From an uncultured virus (IMG/VR IMGVR_UViG_3300044825_001403) (Duplodnaviria > Heunggongvirae > Uroviricota > Caudoviricetes): a DNA stretch of 20,000 bases. The first letter of the stretch is position 1. The number at the start of each line of letters is the position of its first letter. The translations under genes and the position numbers were made by a program. A model generated the notes under the pieces. The model worked only from the letters and a program-made list of their open reading frames with translations. It searched no databases and was not told the origin of the DNA. The stretch is from positions 107,665 through 127,664 of the IMG/VR virus record IMGVR_UViG_3300044825_001403; one strand, given 5' to 3'. Shown in pieces: positions 1 through 8,987 of this stretch.

Positions 1-153
1 GTAGCACAAAAAGTTGTAGAGCATTTCATGGCTAGCCGTGAAGTCAAGGAGTTTGTTATTCATCTTCTTGAGCGTTATGCTGCAACAACCGACAATGATG
101 TTGATAACATGGTTGTCGTAATGGTTAAGAAGGCTCTTCTTCGTGAAGAGTGA
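1..153 (+). CDS. 3' end of small conserved cyanophage hypothetical protein (partial)
   Basis: Frame 1 is open from base 1 to TGA 151-153 (...EFVIHLLERYAATTDNDVDNMVVVMVKKALLREE*). The stop overlaps the next ATG (TGATG). Confidence 0.75.
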   Translation, partial: VAQKVVEHFMASREVKEFVIHLLERYAATTDNDVDNMVVVMVKKALLREE

Positions 154-305
154 TGGAATGTTTCTTAGGAAACATTTTAGCTGACATATTACTTTTACTT
201 TTACTTGCCCTTTCCGAATGGATGGGGCACAATAAAAATATAAAAGAAAATAGTATCTACGATTGGATACATACTAAACTTAAAAAAATTGTAAGGGGAG
301 ACTAA
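153..305 (+). CDS. small membrane protein, 50 aa (not in ORF track)
   Basis: MECFLGNILADILLLLLLALSEWMGHNKNIKENSIYDWIHTKLKKIVRGD*. Coupled to the upstream stop; hydrophobic N-terminal helix; ends inside a terminator. Confidence 0.65.
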   Translation: MECFLGNILADILLLLLLALSEWMGHNKNIKENSIYDWIHTKLKKIVRGD

Positions 306-318
306 CTCCCCTTTTTTT
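293..318 (+). terminator. intrinsic terminator
   Basis: AAGGGGAG-actaa-CTCCCCTT followed by a T run. Confidence 0.8.
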
Positions 319-325
319 ATAAATA
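318..325 (+). promoter_or_regulatory. T4-type late promoter
   Basis: Exact TATAAATA directly after the terminator and upstream of a structural gene. Confidence 0.8.
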
Positions 326-363
326 TGTTTTAGATAATAAAAGATAATTAAAAGAGGGAACCG

Positions 364-1464
364 ATGGCAATTCTCGGAAAATTAGATGCTAAAGCATTGG
401 CTAATAATGTAGGTGTTGTTAATGGCGATGCTACTGTAACATTAGCTTCAGGAAGCTTTTTCAACAAAGCAACAGCCAATTACATTGTAGCTGGCGATAT
501 TCTTTCACTAAGCGGTGTCCAGTATGTAGTAAAAGCAGTTACTTCTGCAACTACTCTTGAATTACATAAAGCTTACGCTGGAAGCACTGCAACCATCACT
601 GCAGCAAATGCTATTAGAAGAACTGCACCAAAGCAAGTTGCTCAATATGTTGTTGGTGGTGCTGATACAAATACAGGATCTCTTGTATTTTTAGACTCTG
701 CTGAGGCACTATTAAATGAAAATAAAATTAGAGGTTTGACTGGCCCTGGTTGGTGGGTATATAAAACATATACTGATGCTTCTGGATCAACACGCCATAA
801 GTCAGAGTGTATTGCCCCTCTTTATGTTAGTGCTGCTGTTGCTGGTGACTTTGCAGATAACCCTGCTGCTGACGTTGCTTCTGCTATTAGCATTTCTGTT
901 CAACCTGCCAACCAATCAACAAGAACTCCTGCTGGTGCGTTCTTGACTGTAACTAGTGCGGGAACTGCTGCCACAGGAACAGGAACATATACAATTACTA
1001 ATTCAACTGCTGGGGTAACTGTCACTAATGTTTCTGGTGGTGCTGCCCCAAGCGGAACATGGTCTGTTGGAGTTTCTAGAGCTGGTGGTGTATATACTGT
1101 AACAGTTAATTCTGGTGGTGCTGGATTTGCTGCTACTGACACAATTTTAATTCCTGGAAGTGCATTGGGTGGTGTTGATACTACTAATGATCTTACAATT
1201 ACTGTTGCTACTGTTGCTACCGCTGCAGCTACATTCTCTGTAACTGCTTCCGCAACAACTGGTTCACTCATTTATCAGTGGCAGCGTAGAACAAGCAGCA
1301 CCGCTAAGTGGACTAATGTTTCTGGTGCTACTAGCTCTTCGCTTGCTCTTACAGCACTCACCACAGCTTCTACTGGTTATCAGTATCGTGTTAAGCTCAC
1401 ATCTTCTGCTGGTGCCGAAGAAGTTCTTTCTAATGCTGCAACCTTGACAGTAACTGCTGCATGA
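364..1464 (+). CDS. virion structural protein with C-terminal Ig-like domain
   Basis: 366 aa, Ala/Thr/Gly-rich. PGWWVYKTYTD..RHKSEC block; C-terminal ATFSVTA..YQWQ..WTNVSGAT..YQYRVKL..SNAATLTV is an Ig-like pattern. Late promoter and GAGG RBS upstream. Confidence 0.75.
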   Translation: MAILGKLDAKALANNVGVVNGDATVTLASGSFFNKATANYIVAGDILSLSGVQYVVKAVTSATTLELHKAYAGSTATITAANAIRRTAPKQVAQYVVGGADTNTGSLVFLDSAEALLNENKIRGLTGPGWWVYKTYTDASGSTRHKSECIAPLYVSAAVAGDFADNPAADVASAISISVQPANQSTRTPAGAFLTVTSAGTAATGTGTYTITNSTAGVTVTNVSGGAAPSGTWSVGVSRAGGVYTVTVNSGGAGFAATDTILIPGSALGGVDTTNDLTITVATVATAAATFSVTASATTGSLIYQWQRRTSSTAKWTNVSGATSSSLALTALTTASTGYQYRVKLTSSAGAEEVLSNAATLTVTAA

Positions 1465-1470
1465 TTTTAA

Positions 1471-1827
1471 ATGAAATTTGATGAATTGACCAAAGATAAT
1501 TGGGTTATCTTTGCTATTAAACATTATGATAATCCTTCTTCAGTCACATACGAAGATTTTGAAGAGGATCTAAATCGTTTTAAGTATATCAAAAGATTGC
1601 TTAAAAGATATGAAATGACAGGTGAATTGAAAACTCATTTAATTCTAAACCATATTATTTTAATGTATAATGTTTTTGATGATGCAGCTACTCCTTTATT
1701 ATTTTTTAAAATTGAAGCTATATACTGGCCTATTTTGAAAGCATTTTTGTTATTCCTAAATAGATTACCAGAGTCCCTTAATAAAAATGTTGATCAAGAA
1801 TGTCTAAAACATTTGAACCTTCTATGA
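1471..1827 (+). CDS. conserved T4-like cyanophage hypothetical protein
   Basis: 118 aa, FAIKHYDNP..EDFEEDLNRFKYIKRLL..HLILNHII motif; fits the operon. Confidence 0.8.
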   Translation: MKFDELTKDNWVIFAIKHYDNPSSVTYEDFEEDLNRFKYIKRLLKRYEMTGELKTHLILNHIILMYNVFDDAATPLLFFKIEAIYWPILKAFLLFLNRLPESLNKNVDQECLKHLNLL

Positions 1828-2525
1828 ATGAAATGATTAATTCTGCTGGTGATGGTAGCGGATTACAACTACCTCCATCATTTGTATTAGTCAATCCAAA
1901 ACAACATAGAAAGTATAAGAAAAACAATAGTGAATATATTGATGGTAGAACAAGGGGTGCAAAAAATTTACTCTCTCGCATTTCAAGGCGTAAAAAAATG
2001 AAAGAACAATTAGAATCAATTATTAGTGAGGCGGCTCCCTCCGAGACCGAGAGAGCCCAGAAACAAATTGCTCAACAGAAAAAGCTTACTCGTCAAAAAG
2101 ATCTTCAAAAGAAGAGAGACGAAGCTAAGTCAAAGATGATGAGCAAAACTAAAGAAATGGATATCTTGATGAAGGCAAGATTATCAGACTTTAAAAAAAG
2201 AGCTTCTGAACAACAGAAGAAAGTATCATTGAAAAATTCTTATGAAATGGAAGGCGAAACTATGAATGAAAATACTGCTCAATTAGATACTGTTGAAGTT
2301 GCACTTCAAGTTGCTACATCAGAATTGACTCACGGCGAAACTCAATTCGCAAAAATTCAATTTGAAGATGGATCAGTTCAAAATCTAGATAATTTTTCTG
2401 CTAAGAAAATTGCTGCTACTTACGCTTCTCTTTCACCAGAGAATCAAGAACAATTCAGATATATGTTAAACAAGAGTGCTGCAACATATCAAAGTGCTCT
2501 TGATTTTGCAGTCCGCAATATCTGA
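1824..2525 (+). CDS. hypothetical Lys/Glu-rich coiled-coil protein (possible internal head protein)
   Basis: The ORF track starts at 1800; ATG 1824 overlaps the upstream stop (ATGA) and is the likelier start. Confidence 0.75.
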   Translation: MNEMINSAGDGSGLQLPPSFVLVNPKQHRKYKKNNSEYIDGRTRGAKNLLSRISRRKKMKEQLESIISEAAPSETERAQKQIAQQKKLTRQKDLQKKRDEAKSKMMSKTKEMDILMKARLSDFKKRASEQQKKVSLKNSYEMEGETMNENTAQLDTVEVALQVATSELTHGETQFAKIQFEDGSVQNLDNFSAKKIAATYASLSPENQEQFRYMLNKSAATYQSALDFAVRNI

Positions 2526-2540
2526 TAGAGGATTAAGTAG

Positions 2541-2975
2541 ATGTTTAATAAAGATATCACAAGAGAGCTATCAAAATTAGATGTTTTAGAATCTAAATTA
2601 AACATCTACGAAACTCTATCAAGGGAAATGTTAGACAAGTTAGAAAACGCTGTAGATAAGATCTCAGAATCTAATCAACGAATTGCTAATATACTTGCTA
2701 AGCATGATGAACGTATTGATCAAAGTATTAAAACTGACGAGCTTCTCGTCAAAATGATTGATGAAGTTAAAAGTAAAAACACAGAAGAACATAAAGCAGT
2801 TATCAAAAGATTAGAAACAGTAGAATCTACTATCAACGATCTATCTAAGTTCAAATGGCAGGCGGTTGCCCTTGTGGGGGCCGCCGTTTTGATTGCTGGG
2901 TTCGTCGTCCCGTTTGTTGACAATATGCTGGGGATGTCCTATAATGGGAGGACTGAGCAAACCCAATCTAGATAA
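2541..2975 (+). CDS. coiled-coil protein with C-terminal transmembrane segment
   Basis: 144 aa, GAGGA RBS, heptad-rich, hydrophobic WQAVALVGAAVLIAGFVVPFV. Sits directly upstream of primase. Confidence 0.8.
   Translation: MFNKDITRELSKLDVLESKLNIYETLSREMLDKLENAVDKISESNQRIANILAKHDERIDQSIKTDELLVKMIDEVKSKNTEEHKAVIKRLETVESTINDLSKFKWQAVALVGAAVLIAGFVVPFVDNMLGMSYNGRTEQTQSR
2917..2945 (+). promoter_or_regulatory. sigma70-type early promoter for primase/nrd genes
   Basis: Perfect TTGACA (2917-2922), 17 bp, TATAAT (2940-2945), embedded in the upstream CDS. Confidence 0.85.
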
Positions 2976-3961
2976 TGAGTTACATTGATGTCAAGTACAT
3001 TGGTCTAGTATCCCCCCAACTTCAAAAATTTTCAAAGAAAAAAGATTCCCTCTACAATTTCCGATGCCCTTACTGTGGTGATAGTAAGAAGCATCAGAAT
3101 AAAACTAGAGGGTATCTTTTTAAGGTAAAGAATGATTTTGTATTTAAATGCCACAACTGTGGTGTGGGGAGAACCTTTACCAATTTCCTAAAAGATAACT
3201 GTGCCCATCTGCATAATCAGTATGTGATGGAACGTTATCGTGAAGGACTTACTGGTAAAAATACACAAACTAAAAATCCAGATTTCAATTTCAAGAAACC
3301 AGAATTCCAGAAGAGAAAAACAGGAATTGATCTGGAAAAGATTTCAGAACTAAATATTACACACCCAGCTCGGGTGTACTTAGAAGAAAGAAAAATTAAA
3401 GATCTCGATTATTTTTATTACTGTCCCAAATTTAAAGAATGGACGAACTCACAGCGACAAGTTTTCCCAAACTTAAAGCAAGATGGTCCTAGAATTATCA
3501 TACCTCTCAGGGATAAAGATGGAAACATGTTTGGATATCAAGGTAGGTCAATGGCTCCCAAAGCCAAGATTAGATACATCACAATCATGTTAGATGATTC
3601 TAAGACCAAAATATTTGGGATGGACAGGGTAGACGAAGACAAACCAATTTATGTTACCGAAGGACCATTTGATAGTATGTTCCTTTCTAATAGCATTGCT
3701 ATGTGTGGTAGTGATGTCAACATTAACAATAAAAATTTGGTATATGTTTTTGATAACGAACCTAGAAATAAAGAGATTGTATCCAAATATGATAAAGCAA
3801 TTGACGATGGAGAACGGATAGTTATCTGGCCACAAACCATTGTTGAAAAAGATATCAATGACATGGTATTGGCTGGACATGACGTTCAAAGTGTGGTAGA
3901 ATCAAACACCTACCAAGGCTTAGAAGCAAAACTTAAATTTACAACCTGGAAGAAAGTATGA
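2975..3961 (+). CDS. gp61: DNA primase (T4 gp61-like)
   Basis: N-terminal Zn finger (CPYCGD..FKCHNC), GYQGR, TOPRIM motifs TEGPFD, DNE and KDIND. Confidence 0.95.
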   Translation: MSYIDVKYIGLVSPQLQKFSKKKDSLYNFRCPYCGDSKKHQNKTRGYLFKVKNDFVFKCHNCGVGRTFTNFLKDNCAHLHNQYVMERYREGLTGKNTQTKNPDFNFKKPEFQKRKTGIDLEKISELNITHPARVYLEERKIKDLDYFYYCPKFKEWTNSQRQVFPNLKQDGPRIIIPLRDKDGNMFGYQGRSMAPKAKIRYITIMLDDSKTKIFGMDRVDEDKPIYVTEGPFDSMFLSNSIAMCGSDVNINNKNLVYVFDNEPRNKEIVSKYDKAIDDGERIVIWPQTIVEKDINDMVLAGHDVQSVVESNTYQGLEAKLKFTTWKKV

Positions 3962-6270
3962 GTAACGGCATTAAAGTTCAAAAACGTGATGGCACTATTG
4001 AAGCTTTAAATCTAGATAAGATTCATCGTATGGTCGATGAAGCTTGTGATGGACTTGCTGGAGTTTCTGCGTCTCAAGTAGAAATGAATTCTGGCATTCA
4101 ATTCTATGATGGCATTACAACAGAAGAAATTCAAGAAATTCTAATTCGTTCTGCCAGTGATCTTATTTCACTGGACAATCCTAATTATCAATTTGTTGCG
4201 GCTCGTCTTCTTTTGTTCGCCTTACGCAAGCAAGTTTTCCACAAGAACATTTGGAAAGAAGGTATGCCCAGCATTTATGATGTGGCCCTATATAATTCAA
4301 CTGTGCTGGGAGTATATGATGAAGAAATTCTTGACAAGTATACAGATGAAGATTGGACAAAGATTAACAGTTGGGTAGAGCACGATAGAGATTATCTTTT
4401 CTCCTATGCTGGTCTTCGCCAGGTAGTTGATAAGTATCTTGTTCAAGACAGAAGCAGTGGAGAAATTTTTGAAACTCCACAGTATATGTACATGATGATT
4501 GCTTTGACCCTGTTTGCAGAGTATCCACTTTCAGTACGATTGGATTACGTTCGCCGTTACTACAATGCCATCTCAAAGCACAAGATCAACATCCCCACGC
4601 CAATCATGGCGGGAGTCAGAACAACTCTTAGACAATTCGCTAGTTGTGTTCTTATTGATTCTGATGACACCCTCAATAGCATCTTTAGCAGCGACATGGC
4701 TATTGGTCGCTACGTTGCTCAGAGGGCGGGTATTGGTATCAACGCTGGCAGAATCCGTGGAGTCAACAGTAAGATCCGAGGGGGAGAAGTTGCTCATACA
4801 GGGGTTATCCCATTCCTCAAAAAGTTTGAAGCAACTGTCAGATGCTGTACACAAAACGGGATTCGTGGTGGAAGTGCTACTGTCCACTTTCCAATCTGGC
4901 ACCAAGAAATAGAAGACATTATTGTTCTTAAGAACAATAAAGGCACAGAAGATAATCGAGTGCGTAAGCTTGATTACTCAATTCAAACTAGCAAATTGTT
5001 CTATGAGAGATTCATTCAAAACGGAGATATCACATTATTCTCACCTCACGATGTTCCTGGTCTTAATGATGCTTTTGGTACTCCCGATTTCGATGACCTA
5101 TATAAGCGTTATGAGTCTGATGATTCAATTCCCAAAAAACGAGTTAGTGCCCAGGAATTAACCCTTTCTCTACTCAAAGAACGTGCAGAAACTGGTCGTG
5201 TTTATATTATGAATATCGACCATTGTAATTCACACTCTTCTTTCCTAGATAAAGTTTGGATGAGTAATCTCTGTCAAGAAATCACACTTCCCACAGATCC
5301 TATTCAACACATTGACGGTGATGGTGAAATTGCTCTTTGTATTCTTTCTGCTATCAATGTAGGCAAACTCAAGAATCTTGATGATCTTGAAGAACTATGT
5401 GATCTTTCTGTTCGTGGTCTTGAAGAGTTAATTGATTATCAAAACTATCCCGTGAAAGCAGCTGAGATTTCTACAATTAATCGTCGTTCACTTGGAGTTG
5501 GCTATATTGGCTTAGCTCATTATCTAGCAAAACATGGAGTAAAATATGACGACCCAACCGCTTGGAAACTCGTCCACGACCTTACTGAAGCTTTCCAGTT
5601 CTATCTGCTCAAGTCATCAAACACCATCGCCAAAGAGAAAGGAGCATGTGGATATTTTAATCGAACGAAGTATTCAGACGGTATTCTCCCAATCGACACT
5701 TATAAAAAAGACGTAGACGAAATTGTACCTAATAATTTAAATTATGATTGGGAGACTTTACGTTCCGAGATTCAAACATATGGACTACGACATTCAACGT
5801 TGTCCGCACAAATGCCTTCGGAAAGCAGTTCCGTTGTGTCAAATGCCACAAATGGAATTGAGCCGCCTAGAGATTACTTGTCCGTTAAGAAATCAAAGAA
5901 AGGACCTCTTAAGCAGATTGTCCCCAGTTATCAAACTCTCAAAAATGCTTATACGCTTCTTTGGGATATGCCTAACAATACTGGTTATATCAATATTGTT
6001 GCTGTTATGCAGAAGTTCTTTGATCAAGCGATTTCTGGAAACTGGTCGTATAATCCAGAGAATTATGCCGATAATGAAGTTCCTACTTCGGTAATGGCTC
6101 AAGACTTCCTCAATACTTATAAGTATGGATGGAAAACTTCTTACTATCAAAATACATATGATGCTAAGAAGGATGAAGTTACCGAAGATCGACGCCAGCA
6201 AGATGTCGAAGATATGCTCAATGATTTGTTAAACCTACAGGAGGACGATTGTGACAGTTGTAAAATTTAA
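3958..6270 (+). CDS. nrdA: ribonucleotide reductase class Ia alpha subunit
   Basis: N-terminal ATP cone (VQKRDG), PTPIMAG, SNLCQEI active-site motif, GWKTSYY, C-terminal CDSC. Confidence 0.97.
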   Translation: MSNGIKVQKRDGTIEALNLDKIHRMVDEACDGLAGVSASQVEMNSGIQFYDGITTEEIQEILIRSASDLISLDNPNYQFVAARLLLFALRKQVFHKNIWKEGMPSIYDVALYNSTVLGVYDEEILDKYTDEDWTKINSWVEHDRDYLFSYAGLRQVVDKYLVQDRSSGEIFETPQYMYMMIALTLFAEYPLSVRLDYVRRYYNAISKHKINIPTPIMAGVRTTLRQFASCVLIDSDDTLNSIFSSDMAIGRYVAQRAGIGINAGRIRGVNSKIRGGEVAHTGVIPFLKKFEATVRCCTQNGIRGGSATVHFPIWHQEIEDIIVLKNNKGTEDNRVRKLDYSIQTSKLFYERFIQNGDITLFSPHDVPGLNDAFGTPDFDDLYKRYESDDSIPKKRVSAQELTLSLLKERAETGRVYIMNIDHCNSHSSFLDKVWMSNLCQEITLPTDPIQHIDGDGEIALCILSAINVGKLKNLDDLEELCDLSVRGLEELIDYQNYPVKAAEISTINRRSLGVGYIGLAHYLAKHGVKYDDPTAWKLVHDLTEAFQFYLLKSSNTIAKEKGACGYFNRTKYSDGILPIDTYKKDVDEIVPNNLNYDWETLRSEIQTYGLRHSTLSAQMPSESSSVVSNATNGIEPPRDYLSVKKSKKGPLKQIVPSYQTLKNAYTLLWDMPNNTGYINIVAVMQKFFDQAISGNWSYNPENYADNEVPTSVMAQDFLNTYKYGWKTSYYQNTYDAKKDEVTEDRRQQDVEDMLNDLLNLQEDDCDSCKI

Positions 6271-7435
6271 ACTCAACGAAGAACCCATGAGCCACATTCA
6301 AGGAATGACTGTATTCAATACAGAAGAAGTCAATACTCTAAAACAACCGATGTTCTTTGGTGCCCCCTTGGGGGTCCAAAGATATGATCAATTTAAGTAT
6401 CCTGTCTTTGATAAACTGACTCAACAACAACTTGGTTATTTCTGGAGACCTGAAGAAGTTTCTCTTCAGAAAGATCGTGCTGATTATCAAACTCTTCGTC
6501 CTGAACAAAAACACATTTTCACTTCTAACCTTAAGTACCAGATCCTCTTGGATTCTGTACAGGGGCGTGGTCCTGGGATGGCTTTTCTTCCTTACTGTTC
6601 ACTACCTGAGCTTGAATCTTGTATGACGGCGTGGGAATTTATGGAGATGATTCACTCCCGTTCATACACTTATATCATCAAGAATGTGTATCCAGATCCT
6701 TCAGAAGTTCTTGATACTATTATCAATGATGAGCAAATCCTTCAACGTGCTCAAAGTGTAACTAAGTCATACGACGAATTCATTCAAGCTGCTCAGGATT
6801 ATTCTTCTGGTAATCAATGGCAGCATCAACTTGAAGGTGTTCCTGCTGCTAAAGAAACTCTTTATGAACTCAAAAGAAAACTATACCGTGCCATTGTTAA
6901 CGTTAATATTCTGGAAGGTATACGCTTTTATGTCTCGTTCGCTTGTTCTTTTGCCTTTGGCGAACTCAAACTCATGGAAGGAAACGCCAAAATCATCGGA
7001 CTAATTGCCCGTGATGAATCACAACATCTTGTAATCACACAGAATATTATTAATAAGTGGCATAGTAATGATGACCCAGACATGCTACAGATTGCCAAAG
7101 AAGAAGAGCAAACTGTTTATGATATGTTTAGGCAATGTGTTGAGGAAGAAAAATGTTGGGCAGATTATCTTTTTAAAGATGGTTCTATGATTGGTTTGAA
7201 TGCTAAATTACTTCAAAAGTATGTTGAGTGGACAGCTAATCGTCGCCTCAAAGCAATTGGTCTCAACCCAATCTTTGATGCTCCTTTGAATAACAATCCT
7301 CTTCCCTGGACTGAACATTGGCTATCTTCTAAAGGTCTTCAAGTTGCCCCACAAGAAACAGAAGTTGAATCTTATGTGATCGGTGGTCTTAAACAAGATG
7401 TGAAAGAAGATACTTTCGCTGGATTCCAGCTTTAA
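6251..7435 (+). CDS. nrdB: ribonucleotide reductase class Ia beta subunit
   Basis: FWRPEEV, EMIHSRSY (radical Tyr), LEGIRFY, RDESQH, APQETE tail. GTG start has a GGAGGA RBS; ATG 6287 is an alternative start. Confidence 0.97.
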   Translation: MTVVKFKLNEEPMSHIQGMTVFNTEEVNTLKQPMFFGAPLGVQRYDQFKYPVFDKLTQQQLGYFWRPEEVSLQKDRADYQTLRPEQKHIFTSNLKYQILLDSVQGRGPGMAFLPYCSLPELESCMTAWEFMEMIHSRSYTYIIKNVYPDPSEVLDTIINDEQILQRAQSVTKSYDEFIQAAQDYSSGNQWQHQLEGVPAAKETLYELKRKLYRAIVNVNILEGIRFYVSFACSFAFGELKLMEGNAKIIGLIARDESQHLVITQNIINKWHSNDDPDMLQIAKEEEQTVYDMFRQCVEEEKCWADYLFKDGSMIGLNAKLLQKYVEWTANRRLKAIGLNPIFDAPLNNNPLPWTEHWLSSKGLQVAPQETEVESYVIGGLKQDVKEDTFAGFQL

Positions 7436-7443
7436 ACTGAATA

Positions 7444-7471
7444 GATAAATACCTCCGAAAGGAGGTTTTTT
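7444..7471 (+). promoter_or_regulatory. late promoter overlapping a terminator/RBS-sequestering hairpin
   Basis: GATAAATA 7444-7451, then ACCTCC-GAAA-GGAGGT and a T run. The GGAGG arm is 9 nt before ATG 7475. Confidence 0.7.
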
Positions 7472-7474
7472 ATT

Positions 7475-7813
7475 ATGAAAGTGCAATCAGCAAAAGCGAA
7501 AGGTCGCCGTCTTCAACAATGGGTTCGTGATAAACTTATCGAAATGCTTGATGTCCATCCTGAAGATATTGAAAGTAGATCTATGGGTGCTGGTGGGGAA
7601 GATTTAATTATGGCACGAGCTGCCAGACAAAAGTTTCCTCACAGCATTGAATGTAAAAATGTAGAAAAGTTAAATGTTTGGGAAGCATATGAACAAGCCC
7701 AAGCAAACTCAGGTGATTATGAACCAGTCCTTGTCATGAAAAAGAATGGCAAAAAGCCATTGGTTGTAGTAGATGCCGAGTATTACATTCAACTTCACGG
7801 AGAAAAACAATGA
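7475..7813 (+). CDS. PD-(D/E)XK nuclease, Holliday-junction-resolvase-like
   Basis: SAKAKGRRLQQ..GAGGEDL..SIECKN pattern (D..ExK), 112 aa. Confidence 0.7.
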   Translation: MKVQSAKAKGRRLQQWVRDKLIEMLDVHPEDIESRSMGAGGEDLIMARAARQKFPHSIECKNVEKLNVWEAYEQAQANSGDYEPVLVMKKNGKKPLVVVDAEYYIQLHGEKQ

Positions 7814-8514
7814 AAATTACTTTACAAAATTTCTTTGAACACTTTGATAAGAATAATCCGAATCATGTAAAAGCAGTACAAATGTTTCTACATGCCCTAG
7901 AAAAAGCAGCACCAGAAGAACTAGAAGATACTTCTGGCTGGGTCAAAACATTCAGAACACCTGTTCAAAAACAAGCAACAAATATTTTAGAAAACTTTCC
8001 TTGGTTTCCTCAGACAGACAACTACAGGGATGCACAAAGAACTTGTAATAGTTCTGCCTGTGCTATGTGCTTAGAATATTTAAAGCCAGGTACACTCAAA
8101 GGACCTAAAGGTGATGATGCTTATGTTCAAAAAGTATTTGCTATAGGTGATACCACTGACCACACGGTTCAAACTCGTGTGTTGATGTCTTATGGTATTA
8201 ATTCTGCTTTTAGATATAACTTAACATTTGATGAACTCGATAAGCAACTTGCAGCCAAGCGTCCAGTTGTTATTGGAATCCTTCACAGGGGAACCCTAGC
8301 AGCCCCTACAGGAGGCCATATGGTTGTTGTGATTGGGAAGACGCCCGCAGGCGATTACATCGTTCACGACCCTTATGGCAGCCTTAACGACGGTTATACA
8401 GGACCTGTTACAAATGGCAGGGGTGCGGTGTATAAGCGTAGCGATCTTGTGCGTAGATGGTGTCCTGCAGGAAATGATGGTTGGGGTAGAGTTTTTGATG
8501 CTGTAAAAAAGTAG
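7810..8514 (+). CDS. C39-like (papain-fold) peptidase, putative endolysin; N-terminal part of a frameshift fusion
   Basis: QTDN..RTCNSSACAM (Gln/Cys), GGHMVVVIG (His), VHDPYG (Asp). ATGA-coupled start; ends GTA AAA AAG TAG. Confidence 0.85.
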   Translation: MKITLQNFFEHFDKNNPNHVKAVQMFLHALEKAAPEELEDTSGWVKTFRTPVQKQATNILENFPWFPQTDNYRDAQRTCNSSACAMCLEYLKPGTLKGPKGDDAYVQKVFAIGDTTDHTVQTRVLMSYGINSAFRYNLTFDELDKQLAAKRPVVIGILHRGTLAAPTGGHMVVVIGKTPAGDYIVHDPYGSLNDGYTGPVTNGRGAVYKRSDLVRRWCPAGNDGWGRVFDAVKK

Positions 8515-8546
8515 AAAGTTCTATCCCTCAAGCTGGGATAGAACTT
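8505..8546 (+). promoter_or_regulatory. -1 programmed ribosomal frameshift signal
   Basis: A_AAA_AAG at 8505-8511 in the correct phase, TAG immediately after, hairpin AAGTTCTATCCC-tcaagct-GGGATAGAACTT at 8516-8546. Confidence 0.82.
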
Positions 8547-8987
8547 ATACGTGAGTTTGAAGGATGTCATTTACATGCCTATCCAGACCCAAAAACTGGC
8601 GGACCTCCTATTACAATTGGATGGGGAAGTACTAAAGATTTTAATGGTCAATCATTTAAAATGGGAAGGACAATAACACGAGAATATGCTGATAAACTTT
8701 TAGAATTTGATATTAAAAACAGATTCCTTCCTTATCTAGAAAAAATTCCTTATTGGGGAGAAATGAATGACAATCAACGGGGAGCACTTCTCAGCTTTGC
8801 TTATAATCTCGGTGCTGGCTTTTATGGCGGAGTTGGTTTTAATACTATCTCTCGCAATTTACGTGAGAAAGATTGGTTATCAATCCCAAAAACATTAGAA
8901 TTGTATCGTGATCCTGGCACTAACGTAGAAGCAGGATTACTGAGGAGAAGGAGAAGAGAAGGTTCTTTGTGGTTAGGAATAGGGTAA
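8511..8987 (+). CDS. GH24 phage lysozyme domain, in the -1 frame relative to the peptidase
   Basis: The frame opens after TGA 8496-8498 and reads VESSIPQAGIELIREFEGCHLHAYPDPKTGGPPITIGWGST..ALLSFAYNLG..GLLRRRRREG. The catalytic E/D/T region lies upstream of the first ATG (8661), with no ATG/GTG/TTG before it. Confidence 0.88.
   Translation, partial: VESSIPQAGIELIREFEGCHLHAYPDPKTGGPPITIGWGSTKDFNGQSFKMGRTITREYADKLLEFDIKNRFLPYLEKIPYWGEMNDNQRGALLSFAYNLGAGFYGGVGFNTISRNLREKDWLSIPKTLELYRDPGTNVEAGLLRRRRREGSLWLGIG

Noticed and set aside
900..1524. Antisense ORFs 900-1271 and 1264-1524
   Set aside because: They fully overlap well-supported plus-strand genes and look like shadow frames.
3958..7435. Introns, inteins or homing endonucleases in nrdA/nrdB
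   Set aside because: Both ORFs are continuous and of normal length with motifs at the expected spacing. The nested short ORFs are off-frame by-products.
8482..8491. Internal Shine-Dalgarno stimulator for the frameshift (TGGGGT)
   Set aside because: Weak match about 17 nt upstream of the heptamer, beyond the usual 9-14 nt spacing, so it was not counted as evidence.
8661..8987. Stand-alone 108-aa lysozyme as given in the ORF track
   Set aside because: Starting at ATG 8661 omits the catalytic Glu/Asp/Thr segment encoded at 8511-8660 in the same frame, and there is no clear RBS.
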